Below are positions 10,305 to 21,577 of a DNA stretch of 64,000 nt, in pieces (position 1 is the first letter of the stretch; the number at the start of each line of letters is the position of its first letter). The notes below the pieces were generated by a model that was given only the letters and a program-made list of their open reading frames with translations, made no database searches and had not been told where the DNA came from. The position numbers and the translations under genes were made by a program. The stretch lies in NCBI GenBank assembly GCA_965223845.1, contig CBDCXR010000004.1:896001-960000 (forward strand). The letters are read 5' to 3'. The stretch comes from Planctomycetota bacterium (GTDB lineage: Bacteria; Planctomycetota; UBA8108; SXIK01).

Positions 10305-10425
10305 GGTCGAAGCGGCGGCTGGGATCCTGGTCGTAATGAGCTGGTCTTAATGAGGACGGGCGCGCTGTGGCCGCGCTCGCGACGCGCCGGCGGCGTTTTC
10401 TATGGATCGGCTGTTCGCGCGCGTT

Positions 10426-11034
10426 TCAGTGGGACTCCGTCGGACGGATCGTTCCGATGACGTGACGGTAGAGTCTCTCCAGCGAATCGGCCGGCGTTTC
10501 TTCCGCTGTGTGCAGAGTCAGCGCGTCGTCTTCCGGCGCGGGCGGCTCGAATCCCGAATCCTTTCCGGTAAAATTCGCGACCTTGCCCGCCGCCGCTTTC
10601 GCGTAGAGACCTTTTACGTCGCGCTCCGCGCAGACCTCGAACGGACAGTCGACGAAGATCTCCATGAAGTCTTCGCCGATCGTCTCGCGGGCGAGGCTCC
10701 GCATGGACCGAGATGGGGTGATGAACGACGCGAGCGTGACGATTCCGCACTCGACGAAGAGCTTGGCGACCTCTGCGACGCGCCGGATGTTCTCCCGACG
10801 GTCCTCGTCGGAGAACCCGAGGTTCGCATTGAGTCCCGTTCGCACGTTGTCGCCGTCGAGAAGCATCGTCGTCACTCCGTCGGAGTGAAGCTTCCTCTCG
10901 AGCGAGCATGCGAGTGTGCTCTTCCCGGAGCCGGAGAGTCCGTAAAGCCACACCACGGCGGCGTGCTGACCGAGTCGAGACTCTTTCTCAGCTCGTGTGA
11001 GGGTGCGATCGAAGATCGGGTAGAGATCGTTCAC
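10426..11034 (-). CDS. cysC: Adenylyl-sulfate (APS) kinase
   Basis: [10 protein letters not shown]-loop, [35 protein letters not shown]. Confidence 0.96.
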   Translation of the reverse strand: MNDLYPIFDRTLTRAEKESRLGQHAAVVWLYGLSGSGKSTLACSLERKLHSDGVTTMLLDGDNVRTGLNANLGFSDEDRRENIRRVAEVAKLFVECGIVTLASFITPSRSMRSLARETIGEDFMEIFVDCPFEVCAERDVKGLYAKAAAGKVANFTGKDSGFEPPAPEDDALTLHTAEETPADSLERLYRHVIGTIRPTESH

Positions 11035-11510
11035 GAAGCTCGCGGTGGGGCAGCGGATTGGCGCTCGGGAATTCGGCGGCGTCGACGACGCCTCTTATCG
11101 GACGGCGTCGCCGAGCACAGAATCCCCCATCCAGCCACGGGCGAAGGGTGAAGTCAACGGCGGACGATCGGGGTACGCCGGAGGTGAACTCGGGGGACAC
11201 CAGGCCGCGGCGCGAGCCGGAATCCAGCGCGGGAGATCGGCTTCGTGTATACTCTTCGGAACCACTCGCGGGCGCGCCGGGGAGTCGACCCGCGGCGCGG
11301 AGAGGAGCCTCGGGCCGGCTGGCCCCCCGAGAATCGGCCGGAAGCCGCGGCGTTCGTCGTCCTGTGCCGCCGCCTCGACGAAAGCCCTCCGCGCGAGGGC
11401 CGTCGACTCTCCTCGCCGCGCCGTGGACGGTGAGTCCGCCCCGGGCCGCGATCGATGCCGGAAACTCCCCGCGCTGCGGGATCCGGCGAGAACGAACGAC
11501 CATAGCTTAC

Positions 11511-14500
11511 ATGTCTCGATTCAAGCACCAGAACCACCCGCTCGTCTCCCTCCTCGAGGAGCGCATCCTCGTCCTCGACGGCGCGACGGGGACGATGATC
11601 CAGTCCTACGGTCTCGGCGAGTCCGACTTTCGCGGCGAGCGCTTCGCCGAGCACACGACGGACCTTCAGGGGAACAACGATCTCCTGTGTCTCACCCGTC
11701 CCGACGTCGTCGAAGAGGTGCACCGCGCGTATCTGCGTGCGGGAGCGGATCTGATCTCGACGAACACCTTCAACGGCACTCGCATCTCGCAGGCCGACTA
11801 CGGTCTCGAGGAGGAAGCGTACGCGCTCAATCGAGCGGCGGCCGAGATCGCCCGCCGGGCGGTCGAGGCGGCAACCGCCGAGACTCCGCGGCAGCCGCGC
11901 TTCGTCGTCGGCGCGATGGGCCCGACGAATAAGACACTCTCGGTCTCTCCCGACGTAAATCGCCCGGGATACCGCGACGGCAGCTGGCAGGAGCTCGTCG
12001 ACGCATACGTCGAGCAGGCTCGCGGACTCCTCGACGGCGGTGTCGACGTCCTCATGGTCGAGACGGTATTCGATACTCTGAACGCGAAGGCGGCGCTCTT
12101 CGGACTCGCGAACCTACTCGCCGAGCGCGGCGAGTCCGTCCCGATCATGGTCTCCGGTACGATCGTCGACAAGAGCGGAAGAACGCTCTCGGGCCAGACG
12201 ACCGAAGCCTTCTGGACGTCGGTCGCGTCGTCGCGGCCCATCGCAGTCGGACTCAACTGCGCCCTCGGCGCCGATCTCCTCCGACCCTACGCGATGGAGC
12301 TGTCGCGCGTCGCGGACACCTTCGTCTCCTGCCACCCGAACGCCGGCCTCCCAAACGAGATGGGCGGGTACGACCAGAGCCCCGAGCACATGGCCGGGAT
12401 CCTCGAGGAGTTCGCGCGCGACGGGCTCCTCAATCTCGTCGGCGGATGCTGCGGGACGACTCCCGAGCACATCGCGGCGATTCGAGACGCAGTGTCGGCC
12501 TTCCCGCCGCGGCGCGTTCCCGATCGGTCCGTGTGCATGCGGCTGAGTGGACTCGAGCCCTTCTCGATCACGGAGCGGACGAATTTCGTCAACGTCGGCG
12601 AACGGACGAACATCGCGGGATCCCGTAAGTTCGCCAAGCTGATCCTCGCCGGGGACTACGAAAGCGCGGTTGAGATCGCCCGCGAGCAGGTCGAGAACGG
12701 CGCGCAGATCATCGATGTCAATATGGACGAGGGCCTCCTCGACGCCGTCGAGGCCATGCGGACCTTCCTCAATCTCATCGCTGTCGAGCCGGAGATCGCC
12801 CGTGTTCCGGTGATGATCGACTCCTCCGACTGGGCGGTCATCGAGGCCGGCCTCCAGTGCGTGCAGGGGAAGGCGATCGTCAACTCGATCAGCCTCAAGG
12901 AGGGCGCGGAGGAGTTCCGGCGGCGCGCGCGCGAAATCCTCGCCTTCGGCGCGGCGGTGGTCGTGATGGCGTTCGATGAGAAGGGACAGGCGGAGACCTG
13001 CGAGCGCAAGGTCGAGATCTGCACGCGCTCGTATCGCATCCTCGTCGACGAGGTGGGGTTTCCGCCGGAGGACATCATCTTCGATCCGAACATTCTGACC
13101 GTGGCGACCGGCATCGAAGAGCACAACCGGTTCGCCGTCCACTTCATCGAAGCGACGCGTGAGATCAAGCGCACGCTGCCCCACGCGCTCGTCTCCGGGG
13201 GTGTGAGCAACATCTCGTTTTCGTTTCGCGGGAACAACGTCGTTCGCGAGGCGATGCACTCCGCGTTCCTCTACCATGCGATCGCGGCCGGGCTCGATCT
13301 CGGAATCGTGAACGCCGGCCAGCTCGCGGTCTACGAGGAGCTGCCGGCGGATCTTCTGCAGCACGTCGAGGACGTTCTCTTCGATCGCCGCCCCGACGCC
13401 ACGGAGCGCCTCGTCGAGCTCGCGGAGACCGTGCGCGGGAATGGAAAGAAGGCCGTTGCCGACGAGAGCTGGCGCGAGGAGTCGGTGGAGGAACGGCTGA
13501 AGCACGCGCTGATCAAGGGGATCGTCGATCACATCGACGCCGACACGGAGGAGGCCCGCGTGAAGTACGGACGGCCTCTCGCCGTCATCGAGGGGCCGCT
13601 CATGGACGGGATGAACGTCGTCGGCGACCTCTTCGGCTCAGGCCAGATGTTTCTTCCGCAAGTGGTGAAGAGCGCGCGCGTCATGAAAAAGGCCGTCGCG
13701 TATCTCCTCCCCTACATGGAGGCGGAGAAGGAAGCCAGCGGCGTCGACAGCTCGGGCCGCGTGCTCCTCGCGACGGTGAAGGGGGATGTCCATGACATCG
13801 GGAAGAACATCGTCGGCGTCGTGCTTCAGTGCAACAACTACGAAGTGATCGACCTCGGCGTCATGGTGCCTGCCCACGAGATTCTGGCTGCGGCGAGAGA
13901 GCACCGGGCCGACGTCATCGGTCTCAGCGGGCTGATCACGCCGTCCCTCCACGAGATGGTGCACGTCGCTCGCGAGATGGAGCGCGAGTCGTTCCGAGCA
14001 CCGCTCCTCATCGGGGGCGCGACGACGTCGCGGACGCACACCGCGGTCAAGGTCGCACCGGAGTATTCGGCGGCAACCGTGTACGTCGTCGATGCCTCGC
14101 GCGCGGTGGGAGTCGTCGGCAATCTCCTCAGCGAAAACCTCCGCGATGGCTTCGTCGACCAGGTCGCACGCGAGTACGACAAGGTTCGCACAGACTACGC
14201 GCAGCGAGACGGTCCGAGTCTTCTTCCGCTCGAAGAAGCACGGCGGAACGCGTTCCAGCCCGATCGCGAGACCGCGGACGTCGTTCGACCGATGAAGCTC
14301 GGGGTGACGGTGCTCGACGACTACCCTCTCGCGGAGCTCGTCGAGCGAATCGATTGGAGTCCGTTCTTCACCGCCTGGGAGCTGCCGGGCAATTATCCGA
14401 AGGTGCTCGACGACCCGCGGCGAGGCGAGGAGGCGCGGAAGCTGTTTCGCGACGCGGAGGCGTTTCTCGAGCGCGTCGTCGCCGAGAGCTCGATCCGCGC

Positions 14501-15191
14501 ACGCGGCGTCGTCGGCCTCTTTCCCGCGAACTCGAGCGGGGACGACATCGAGATCTACGCGGATGAGGAGCGCTCGAGCCTTCTCGCTACGTTCCGAACC
14601 CTCCGGCAGCAGAAGCGGGTCGACGGGAAGCCGCGCTACGCCCTCGCCGATTTCGTTCTGCCGCCGTCGACGGGTTTCATCGATTACGTCGGCTGCTTCG
14701 CCGTGACGGCCGGCTGCGGCGTCGACGAGCTCGTCGCGTTCTACGAGCGCGATCACGACGATTACCACGCGATTCTCGTCAAGGCGATCGCCGACCGGCT
14801 CGCCGAGGCGTTCGCCGAACGGCTCCACGAGCGAGTTCGACGAGAGTTTTGGGGGTACGCTCGCGACGAGCGGCTCTCCAACGAGGATCTGATTCGCTGC
14901 CGCTATCGCGGAATTCGTCCAGCACCCGGCTACCCGGCCTGTCCCGACCACACCGAGAAGCGCGTCCTCTGGAACCTGATCGAAGTCGAGAAGCACACCG
15001 GAATCCGGCTCACCGAGAGCTGCGCGATGTTACCCGCCGCGTCGGTGAGCGGTCTCTACTTCGCGCACCCGGAAGCGCGTTACTTCGGCCTCGGCCGCAT
15101 CGGACGCGATCAGGTCGAAGACTACGCCGAGCGGAAGGGGATGAGCGTCGAAACGGTGGAGAACTGGCTCGCGCCTTCGCTCGCCTACTGA
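11511..15191 (+). CDS. metH: Cobalamin-dependent methionine synthase
   Basis: [32 protein letters not shown]12-binding [24 protein letters not shown]; ATG at 11511. Confidence 0.98.
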   Translation: MSRFKHQNHPLVSLLEERILVLDGATGTMIQSYGLGESDFRGERFAEHTTDLQGNNDLLCLTRPDVVEEVHRAYLRAGADLISTNTFNGTRISQADYGLEEEAYALNRAAAEIARRAVEAATAETPRQPRFVVGAMGPTNKTLSVSPDVNRPGYRDGSWQELVDAYVEQARGLLDGGVDVLMVETVFDTLNAKAALFGLANLLAERGESVPIMVSGTIVDKSGRTLSGQTTEAFWTSVASSRPIAVGLNCALGADLLRPYAMELSRVADTFVSCHPNAGLPNEMGGYDQSPEHMAGILEEFARDGLLNLVGGCCGTTPEHIAAIRDAVSAFPPRRVPDRSVCMRLSGLEPFSITERTNFVNVGERTNIAGSRKFAKLILAGDYESAVEIAREQVENGAQIIDVNMDEGLLDAVEAMRTFLNLIAVEPEIARVPVMIDSSDWAVIEAGLQCVQGKAIVNSISLKEGAEEFRRRAREILAFGAAVVVMAFDEKGQAETCERKVEICTRSYRILVDEVGFPPEDIIFDPNILTVATGIEEHNRFAVHFIEATREIKRTLPHALVSGGVSNISFSFRGNNVVREAMHSAFLYHAIAAGLDLGIVNAGQLAVYEELPADLLQHVEDVLFDRRPDATERLVELAETVRGNGKKAVADESWREESVEERLKHALIKGIVDHIDADTEEARVKYGRPLAVIEGPLMDGMNVVGDLFGSGQMFLPQVVKSARVMKKAVAYLLPYMEAEKEASGVDSSGRVLLATVKGDVHDIGKNIVGVVLQCNNYEVIDLGVMVPAHEILAAAREHRADVIGLSGLITPSLHEMVHVAREMERESFRAPLLIGGATTSRTHTAVKVAPEYSAATVYVVDASRAVGVVGNLLSENLRDGFVDQVAREYDKVRTDYAQRDGPSLLPLEEARRNAFQPDRETADVVRPMKLGVTVLDDYPLAELVERIDWSPFFTAWELPGNYPKVLDDPRRGEEARKLFRDAEAFLERVVAESSIRARGVVGLFPANSSGDDIEIYADEERSSLLATFRTLRQQKRVDGKPRYALADFVLPPSTGFIDYVGCFAVTAGCGVDELVAFYERDHDDYHAILVKAIADRLAEAFAERLHERVRREFWGYARDERLSNEDLIRCRYRGIRPAPGYPACPDHTEKRVLWNLIEVEKHTGIRLTESCAMLPAASVSGLYFAHPEARYFGLGRIGRDQVEDYAERKGMSVETVENWLAPSLAY

Positions 15192-15193
15192 GC

Positions 15194-15233
15194 GAAGCCC
15201 TCCCCCGTGGAGATCGGCCCGGAGGAGGGCTTC
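15194..15233. terminator. Hairpin between convergent metH and the next gene (putative terminator)
   Basis: 10-bp inverted repeat GAAGCCCTCC...GGAGGGCTTC right after the metH stop; no U-tract. Confidence 0.4.
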
Positions 15234-15292
15234 CGCGTGAGCGCCGAATCGGTGCCCCGGCCTAGCCCCAAGGCGCACAGACCGAGTCGGCG

Positions 15293-16273
15293 CTAACTCC
15301 GCACGCGCCAGACGTTGTTTTTCGGCGACTTCTGATCCGGAACCACCTCGAGGTTCACGGTCGCGGCCGCTCCGGCTTCGACCTTCACCTTGAGCAACAG
15401 GGGGCGCCGCTTTGTTCCCGGCGCGAGCGCTTCGTGCCAGAGCTCGAGGTCGTACTCGCCCGGCGGGACATTGACGAGACGATAGCTCCCGACCGCGTCC
15501 GTAACGTCGAACAGGTCGTGATCGAACACCTGGACGTGACCCGTCATCCACGGATGGATGTCGCACTTGAGGAGCGCCCACCCGGGCTTGCGCACGCCGC
15601 CGGTGATCTTGCCGCCGGCGCGGATCGCGTTGTTGAAGGGACGCTTCCACGTCGGGAAAACGGAGCGCGCGTTGTGGAGCATGGGGTCGCCGTTTGTGAT
15701 CTCGATCGTCGACCCTACGGTCGTCGCGACGACGTGAGGTTTGAACACGCAGTCCTTATTGTCGATGACGACCTTGCGCGGCTTCGCCTTCTCGGGCGGC
15801 TTATAGCCCGCGACGGCGATGACGACGTTCTTGAGCTCGCTCGCCTTCGAAACGAGAACTCTCTCGTCCTTCGCCTTCGGTCCGCAGTGCGCGTGATCCT
15901 TCTCGGGAATGAGCGGCAGCGGTCGTCGCGGCGGGGGTTCGCCGGCGAGAAAGACTTTTCCCGCGATCGCCCCCAGCTTCGGGTCCTGAGGCGGGTAGAT
16001 CTTCTTGAGCTTCGCTTCCGCGTCCGAGATCGCCTTCTCTGCCTCCGGAGGCGTGGTCTTCTCCCCGGAATCGACCGTCTTCTTCGATTTCTCGCCGTCG
16101 TCCACGACGCGGAGACCGGACGGTGGGGACGGCGGGGTCTTGTCGGCGTCCTGCGCTGCTGCGTTCACCGGATCGCCGTCCGGCACCGGAGGATTCGCGG
16201 AGGATATGGAGGCGACCGAGATCGTCGCGATCGCGGTGCCGACGAGAACGATGCCGACGAGTGTGAGCTTCAC
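15293..16273 (-). CDS. Exported cupredoxin-like / carboxypeptidase-regulatory-like domain protein
   Basis: AAGGAG RBS before GTG 16273; signal peptide; Pro/Lys linker; C.F.PHV, HN, CDIHPWM motifs; G.Y.L.NVPPGEY.L..WHE domain. Confidence 0.75.
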   Translation of the reverse strand: MKLTLVGIVLVGTAIATISVASISSANPPVPDGDPVNAAAQDADKTPPSPPSGLRVVDDGEKSKKTVDSGEKTTPPEAEKAISDAEAKLKKIYPPQDPKLGAIAGKVFLAGEPPPRRPLPLIPEKDHAHCGPKAKDERVLVSKASELKNVVIAVAGYKPPEKAKPRKVVIDNKDCVFKPHVVATTVGSTIEITNGDPMLHNARSVFPTWKRPFNNAIRAGGKITGGVRKPGWALLKCDIHPWMTGHVQVFDHDLFDVTDAVGSYRLVNVPPGEYDLELWHEALAPGTKRRPLLLKVKVEAGAAATVNLEVVPDQKSPKNNVWRVRS

Positions 16274-16454
16274 TGAGATCTCCTTCGAAAGTCTGGCTGC
16301 ACCCTTCGCCTCGAGGGGACGAACCGTTGGACGACGGCGGAGCGGCGATGATTCACCGCGGAGACCGTGCGGCCGAATCGGCCGTCTCATGGCGGCATAA
16401 ACCAGCTATTTTACCACAGTTCGAAATCCTCCTCCACGGCGTGAGCGGGGCGCG

Positions 16455-17612
16455 CTACCGGCCCGCAGGCTCCGTCCGGAGCAAGCGACCCACGCCCTCC
16501 GCGAGCGCGTGCAGCCACGACTCCTCGCGGGCGGACTCCCGCTCGAGGACGTGGCGGTACTCGGGCTGGAGCTCGAGCGCACGGCGGAGCGCCGCGAGCG
16601 CTCCGTCTCGATCGCCGGCTCCAGCGAGAACCTCGCCCGCGCGAAAGTGCGCGTGAGCTCGCGCCGGAAACCGTCCGAGCCATGATTCGAGAGTGCGGCG
16701 CGCGGTCGCGGCTTGTCCGGCGGCGAATTCGAGGCGCGCCTGCTCGAGCTGGAGGTCCGCCCACTCGGGATAGCGATCGAGAGCGCGCGCGAGCTCCTTC
16801 GCTCCCTCCGCCGGCCGACCGCTTCTCGCAATCCGGCGGGCGCGCGCGAGCGGGCTGCGCCCGAGTCGAAGGTCGACGAGTCGCCGCAGCTCCTCGATCG
16901 GGCGATCGTCCTCTTCGACGCGGAGATCGACGTAGCGATCGTCGTACCGGCCGTAGCCACCGCCGGCGCGAGCCACGCGGATCGCCGCCGACTGTCTCCC
17001 GCGGGCGTCGCCGCCGGCGGCCTGTCCCGCTTCGAGAGCGCGCAGCAGCCGCTCGGCGAGCTCGCCGCTCGAAGTCTCGAACGCGCGCGCCATCGCGTCG
17101 ACCGTGGCCCGGCTGACGAGGAGGTTTCCCTGAACGGAATAGTGCGTCCCACGGCGATGCCCCGCCCAGGCATGGCAGCCGTCACCGGTAAACACCGCGG
17201 CCCTTCCCTTCGCGTCGACGATCGCGGCTTGGCGAAGGTCGCGTCGGGGGTCCGCGCCGGTGAGTTGCGCGAGTACGTCGGCCGGGGCCGAACCTCGGCG
17301 CAGGAGCTCGAGTCCGCGAGGTCCGTAGGTCGTATTCGCGTAAGACTGAGTGGCGATCGCGCCCACTCCCGCCTCGACCCACGGGACGACCGCTCCGACG
17401 CCGAAAAACCGCGACTGAACGGCGACGCCGAGGTCACCGGTCTTCGGATCGAAACCGACGATCGAAAACGTCGACGGCGGAGACTCTAGCTCGTGGAAAG
17501 CGGCGTTGGCCGATGTTCGATCGGTGGAATCGAGAGTGCCGCAGCTCGACGCGAAGAGGAGTGCGATCGCGAGGACGCTCACGAACGTCGGGAAGTGCGA
17601 GGTGGATGGCAT
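16455..17612 (-). CDS. DUF1028 (Ntn-hydrolase-like) lipoprotein with C-terminal TPR
   Basis: Lipobox-like FASSC; TFSIVG.DP..GDLGVAVQS, GAIATQS, QGNLL, GGDARGRQSAA, DLRV; TPR tail. Confidence 0.85.
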   Translation of the reverse strand: MPSTSHFPTFVSVLAIALLFASSCGTLDSTDRTSANAAFHELESPPSTFSIVGFDPKTGDLGVAVQSRFFGVGAVVPWVEAGVGAIATQSYANTTYGPRGLELLRRGSAPADVLAQLTGADPRRDLRQAAIVDAKGRAAVFTGDGCHAWAGHRRGTHYSVQGNLLVSRATVDAMARAFETSSGELAERLLRALEAGQAAGGDARGRQSAAIRVARAGGGYGRYDDRYVDLRVEEDDRPIEELRRLVDLRLGRSPLARARRIARSGRPAEGAKELARALDRYPEWADLQLEQARLEFAAGQAATARRTLESWLGRFPARAHAHFRAGEVLAGAGDRDGALAALRRALELQPEYRHVLERESAREESWLHALAEGVGRLLRTEPAGR

Positions 17613-17750
17613 GAGAATCGACTCACTCGGGGGGACGGGTCGGCGTTCGGATTCGAGTGCGAAGCGGATATTGTAGGCCTGCCGGTCGATTCGGGCGAAC
17701 AGGAGCTTCGGCCGGGAGGTCGGTCCGCGCGACGGAGATGGCGACGAGGC

Positions 17751-18650
17751 ATGAACGTTGGCGAAGGGCTTCTCGCCGCCTGGCTCGACGGACGGCGCGC
17801 ACAGGCGATTCTCGCCGCGGCGGGGGACGGCGGCGCGAACGCGCTCCGCGTCTCGCTCGACCTCGGCCGAACGTGGGTCGAGGCCGAGGTCGAACGGGAC
17901 GAGTGGCGCGCCGAGGGAAGAAGATTTCCCGTGGCGCCCCTCGCGGAGCTCGCTCGGCATCCCCGGACTGTCTTCCGGGCCGTGTCCGGCGGCCGAGATT
18001 GGGAACCGGTCCGAGCGTATGGAGATCGCTTCTACCAGCTCGTCGCGACGGACGAAGCGCCGACGATCGAGATCGACGGCGTTCAGATGCACCGGACGAA
18101 GGGAATCGGGCCGTTCGGCGCGGCCGCACAGTTCGTCCGCGCCGTTGTTCGGCCCGGAGACCGCGTGCTGGATACTTGCGGGGGCCTCGGGTACACCGCG
18201 CTCCACGCGCTCGAAATGGGCGCCGCGCGCGTCGCTTCGTACGAAATCAGCGAGGAGGTTCTCGATCTTCGGCAGAACAACCCTTGGTCTCGCGCAGGCG
18301 ACGCGGTCGCTGAAACGCTGTCGCTTACGCGCGGGGACGTATTCCGCGCCCTCGCTCGCGCCGCCCCGGGCGAGTTCCACGCCGTCGTCCACGATCCTCC
18401 GCGCCCGAGCTTCGCTCCGGAGCTCTATTCGGGCGCGTTCTACCTCCGACTTCACTCGGCGCTCGCGCCGGGCGGGCGACTCTTCCACTACACCGGGGCG
18501 CCCTACGCGCGGCGGCGAGGGGATTCGTTCGTCCGAAACGTGGTGGACGAGTTGACCCGCGTCGGGTTTTCCGTCGAACTCCGCGCGGATCTTCAGGGCG
18601 TCGTCGCGGTTCGACGTGCGGCACGCAACTCGCCGGGAGATCGACGGTGA
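17751..18650 (+). CDS. Class I SAM-dependent methyltransferase, COG2521-like
   Basis: PTIEIDGVQMHRT, VLDTCGGLGYTA, NPWS, HDPPR...ELYS..FY, GGRLFHYTG. Confidence 0.8.
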   Translation: MNVGEGLLAAWLDGRRAQAILAAAGDGGANALRVSLDLGRTWVEAEVERDEWRAEGRRFPVAPLAELARHPRTVFRAVSGGRDWEPVRAYGDRFYQLVATDEAPTIEIDGVQMHRTKGIGPFGAAAQFVRAVVRPGDRVLDTCGGLGYTALHALEMGAARVASYEISEEVLDLRQNNPWSRAGDAVAETLSLTRGDVFRALARAAPGEFHAVVHDPPRPSFAPELYSGAFYLRLHSALAPGGRLFHYTGAPYARRRGDSFVRNVVDELTRVGFSVELRADLQGVVAVRRAARNSPGDRR

Positions 18651-19681
18651 TGCGCGAAGTCACCGCGCTTCCGCGACCGACCGGCGCCGTGTTCGCGCGG
18701 GCGTCGGTCGCCGAGTACCTTGCGGTTCTCTGGCCGCATCGTTCGCGACGAGTCATCGACGACCTATTCGCGCACGGGCGAATCCGGAGTGGGGGGCGTC
18801 CGGTATCGCCGCGCTCGATTTGCGGCTCGCTCGGGGACCTCGAGCTAGTCGGAGCCGCGAGTGAGTTGCCGGTGATGTTCGATCCCCCGGCGGCGGAGTC
18901 TCAACCACCGGCGGCAGACGCGATCGAGTTCGGTCTCCGCATTGTGCACGAGGACGAGCGACTCGTCGCCGTCGCCAAGCCCGAGGGCCTCCCGGTGGTC
19001 CCGGACCGTACCGGAGGACCCGAGAGTGTCCTCGCCGCGCTCACCCGCCGCGAGCTTGCCGCTCGGCGCGAACGCTCTCCCGCGGAGATGATTCGCTTTC
19101 GGGTCGTCCATCGCCTCGATCGCTGGACGAGCGGGATCGTTCTCCTCGCGAAGTCGCTGGCGGCCGAGAGGCGGCTCGCGTCCGACTTCGAGCACCGGCG
19201 GGTCCGCAAAGTCTACGCCGCCGTCCTCGCCGGGCGCGTCGCAGCCGCGCGGATCACGGTCCGCGTTCCCATCGGTCCGGGCCGGAAGGGAAAGATGCGA
19301 CCGCGGACGGTCGCGCACGGCGGGAAGGACGCGCAGACGACCTTCGACGTGGTCGAGCGCTGGACGGAGGCGACGCTCGTTCGCGCGTACCCGAGGACCG
19401 GGAGGCAGCATCAGATCCGAGTGCACGCCCGGTCGATCGAGCACCCGCTCGCGGTCGACCCCCTCTACTCGCCCGCCTCACGCACTACTGAGCTCGCCGA
19501 GTGTTCTCACCTCACTCTGCACGCCGAGCGGTACACGCTGTCGCCCGACTGGACGGAGCCGCGCGACTTTCGCGCGCCGTGGCCGGCTTCGTTCAAGGCG
19601 GTCGTCGATCGCCTGCGCGAAGGGAATCACTCTTCGAGGAGATCGGGCTCCGGTTCCGCGGGCCGAGACCTCGAGAAGTAG
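18647..19681 (+). CDS. RluA-family pseudouridine synthase
   Basis: KPEGL, catalytic HRLDRWTSG, KVYAAV, TGRQHQIRVH, DPLY, LHA; GTGA overlap with the upstream gene. Confidence 0.92.
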   Translation: MMREVTALPRPTGAVFARASVAEYLAVLWPHRSRRVIDDLFAHGRIRSGGRPVSPRSICGSLGDLELVGAASELPVMFDPPAAESQPPAADAIEFGLRIVHEDERLVAVAKPEGLPVVPDRTGGPESVLAALTRRELAARRERSPAEMIRFRVVHRLDRWTSGIVLLAKSLAAERRLASDFEHRRVRKVYAAVLAGRVAAARITVRVPIGPGRKGKMRPRTVAHGGKDAQTTFDVVERWTEATLVRAYPRTGRQHQIRVHARSIEHPLAVDPLYSPASRTTELAECSHLTLHAERYTLSPDWTEPRDFRAPWPASFKAVVDRLREGNHSSRRSGSGSAGRDLEK

Positions 19682-20124
19682 TGACTGACATCCCAGTCGT
19701 CGTCGGACGCCGCGGTTGCTGACCCGTCGGCTTCGTCCGGCGGAGTTTCTCCTCGGCTCGGCTCGACCTCCGCGCCCGTCCCTTCGGAGTCGATCGAGCT
19801 CGCGCGCTCGTCCCCGCCGGGAGCTCGATTTTCGGACGGACGGAGCGCGTTCGCGTCGCGGATTCCCTCGCGAACCTCGTCGAGATACGCGCGCCGGAGA
19901 GCTTCGTACTCCTCGGCCGAGAGATCGTCGACACCCGGTTCTCGTCCCTCGACGACGTCCCGGTGGATCTGCGTGAGGTAGGGGATGCACCAACCACATC
20001 CGGTGCCCGCGCCGAAGCACTCCGAGATCTGCGACGCTCGCCGGGGACGCTCGCGGCGGACGTAGTTGACGATCTTTCGCTTCGGGATGTGAAAGCAGTA
20101 GCAGAGGGTCTCGTCCGGTTCCAT
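19627..20124 (-). CDS. BFD-like [2Fe-2S]-binding protein with acidic tail
   Basis: LCYCFHI...AGTGCGWC (CxC..CxxC) pattern. Confidence 0.75.
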   Translation of the reverse strand: MEPDETLCYCFHIPKRKIVNYVRRERPRRASQISECFGAGTGCGWCIPYLTQIHRDVVEGREPGVDDLSAEEYEALRRAYLDEVREGIRDANALRPSENRAPGGDERASSIDSEGTGAEVEPSRGETPPDEADGSATAASDDDWDVSHYFSRSRPAEPEPDLLEE

Positions 20125-20314
20125 ACGGAGATGATATCGGTGTCCGGCCCGAGTTCCTGTGCGGAGGGCCGAGAATTCGTTCGTCGAGCGGGGGAGCGAT
20201 CGACGATTCCAAGAGCTGCCGTAGTTTGCCGGAGCCCCGATCGCGGGAGCATCGGGTCGAAGGCGCGTTCGCTCAGTTGAAGCTGGTGCGGATTCGACGC
20301 GCCGGCGCGGAGAC

Positions 20315-21577
20315 CTAATCCGGCTGCCATTCGCCCCGGGCGACCGCGGGCACGAAGTCGTCGAGCCCCGGCGGCGGGAACTCGAGAACGCGCTTTTCCT
20401 CGGCGGACTGGTAGCACGCCATCAAAGTCCGGACGACCTCGAGGCCGTCGTGCCACGTCTCGTCGGGCATGCGGCCCGCTCGGAAGCACTCGACCATGTG
20501 GCGATTCTCCGCTTCGTAGCCGTAGTACGCGGGCTCGGAGGCGAGAACGGGACTCAGACCTTGTTCGGCGTTCTGTTTCTCGACGAGGTCTTCCCCGGCG
20601 TCACCGCTCACCTCCCGGCTGAAGAACACTTTGAGGTCGGTTTCGAGCGAATTGATCGACATCGCGTACTCCGGGCCGAGCAACTCGAAGCTGAGGCGAA
20701 GTCCCGAGCCGACGAAACTCCACGACGTGCTCGCTTCGAGAATCAGCTCGTTGCCGTCGCCATCCTCGTAGGTGAGGTTCGCCCGTGCGAAGTCCTCGGC
20801 GGGCGCTCGCGCGTAGTCGATGCCGGACATGGCGCGACTCAGGCGACTCGCGTAGCGCTCGCGCCGCCACTTGAGGACGGCGATGGTCGCGTTCACGCTC
20901 TTCAGCCGGATCGAGTCGCGCGGCTGACTCGGGTCGGTGAGAAGCAGTCGACCCGCTTCGACGGAGTGGCACAGCATGTCGTTGAGTACGCCGCCGCCCT
21001 GCCGGGTTCCGTCCCAAAACCACGGATTGTGCGGACCCGAGTGCTCTTCGGCGGTCCGCGCGAGGTAAGGCCGGCCCGCGATCGCGGCGCCGCGCCGCCA
21101 GACGATCTCGCGCCCGCGAACCACCGACGGAGCGAAGACCTGGTTCTCGAGGTAGCCGTGGGGAAGTCCCGACGCGCCGGCGAGGTCGACCATGGCGCGG
21201 GCTTCCTTGACGTTGCGGCCGAGAGGCTTTTCGCAGGCGATCCCCTTGAGCTCCGCGTCCCCGGCACGGTGTGCCGCGAAGATCTCCTCGGCGTTCTCGA
21301 GACGCTTGTGGTTCGGGCCGACGATCCAAATCGCGTCGATCTCTGGAGCGCACGCGAGCTCGTGGAGTGACGGAAAGGCCCGACAACGCGCGCCGGCCGG
21401 CGACGTTCCTACGCCGAGGTCCACGGCGTATTGTGCCGTCGCCGCGGCGTGGTCGGCGTTCGGGCTCCAAATCCCGATGACGTCAGCGTTGCGCACGCCG
21501 ACGAAGCTCTCGAGATGGAAGCGCGTCATGAAGCCGCTCCCGACGATTCCGACGCCGAGCCGATTCGCCTCGCTCAT
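20315..21577 (-). CDS. Gfo/Idh/MocA family oxidoreductase
   Basis: GIVGSGFM Rossmann motif, CEKPL, GGGVLNDMLCH; RBS GAAGGAG before ATG 21577. Confidence 0.9.
   Translation of the reverse strand: MSEANRLGVGIVGSGFMTRFHLESFVGVRNADVIGIWSPNADHAAATAQYAVDLGVGTSPAGARCRAFPSLHELACAPEIDAIWIVGPNHKRLENAEEIFAAHRAGDAELKGIACEKPLGRNVKEARAMVDLAGASGLPHGYLENQVFAPSVVRGREIVWRRGAAIAGRPYLARTAEEHSGPHNPWFWDGTRQGGGVLNDMLCHSVEAGRLLLTDPSQPRDSIRLKSVNATIAVLKWRRERYASRLSRAMSGIDYARAPAEDFARANLTYEDGDGNELILEASTSWSFVGSGLRLSFELLGPEYAMSINSLETDLKVFFSREVSGDAGEDLVEKQNAEQGLSPVLASEPAYYGYEAENRHMVECFRAGRMPDETWHDGLEVVRTLMACYQSAEEKRVLEFPPPGLDDFVPAVARGEWQPD

Noticed and set aside
11035-11510. SAM-I or cobalamin riboswitch between cysC and metH (CTCTTATC; GCCACGG..GAAGG)
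   Set aside because: Only isolated fragments match; the conserved cores are not recognisable on either strand. An Rfam scan would settle it.
19627-19681. 55-nt overlap of the convergent RluA and BFD-like gene ends
   Set aside because: Both tails are low-complexity; such overlaps are common in GC-rich genomes.
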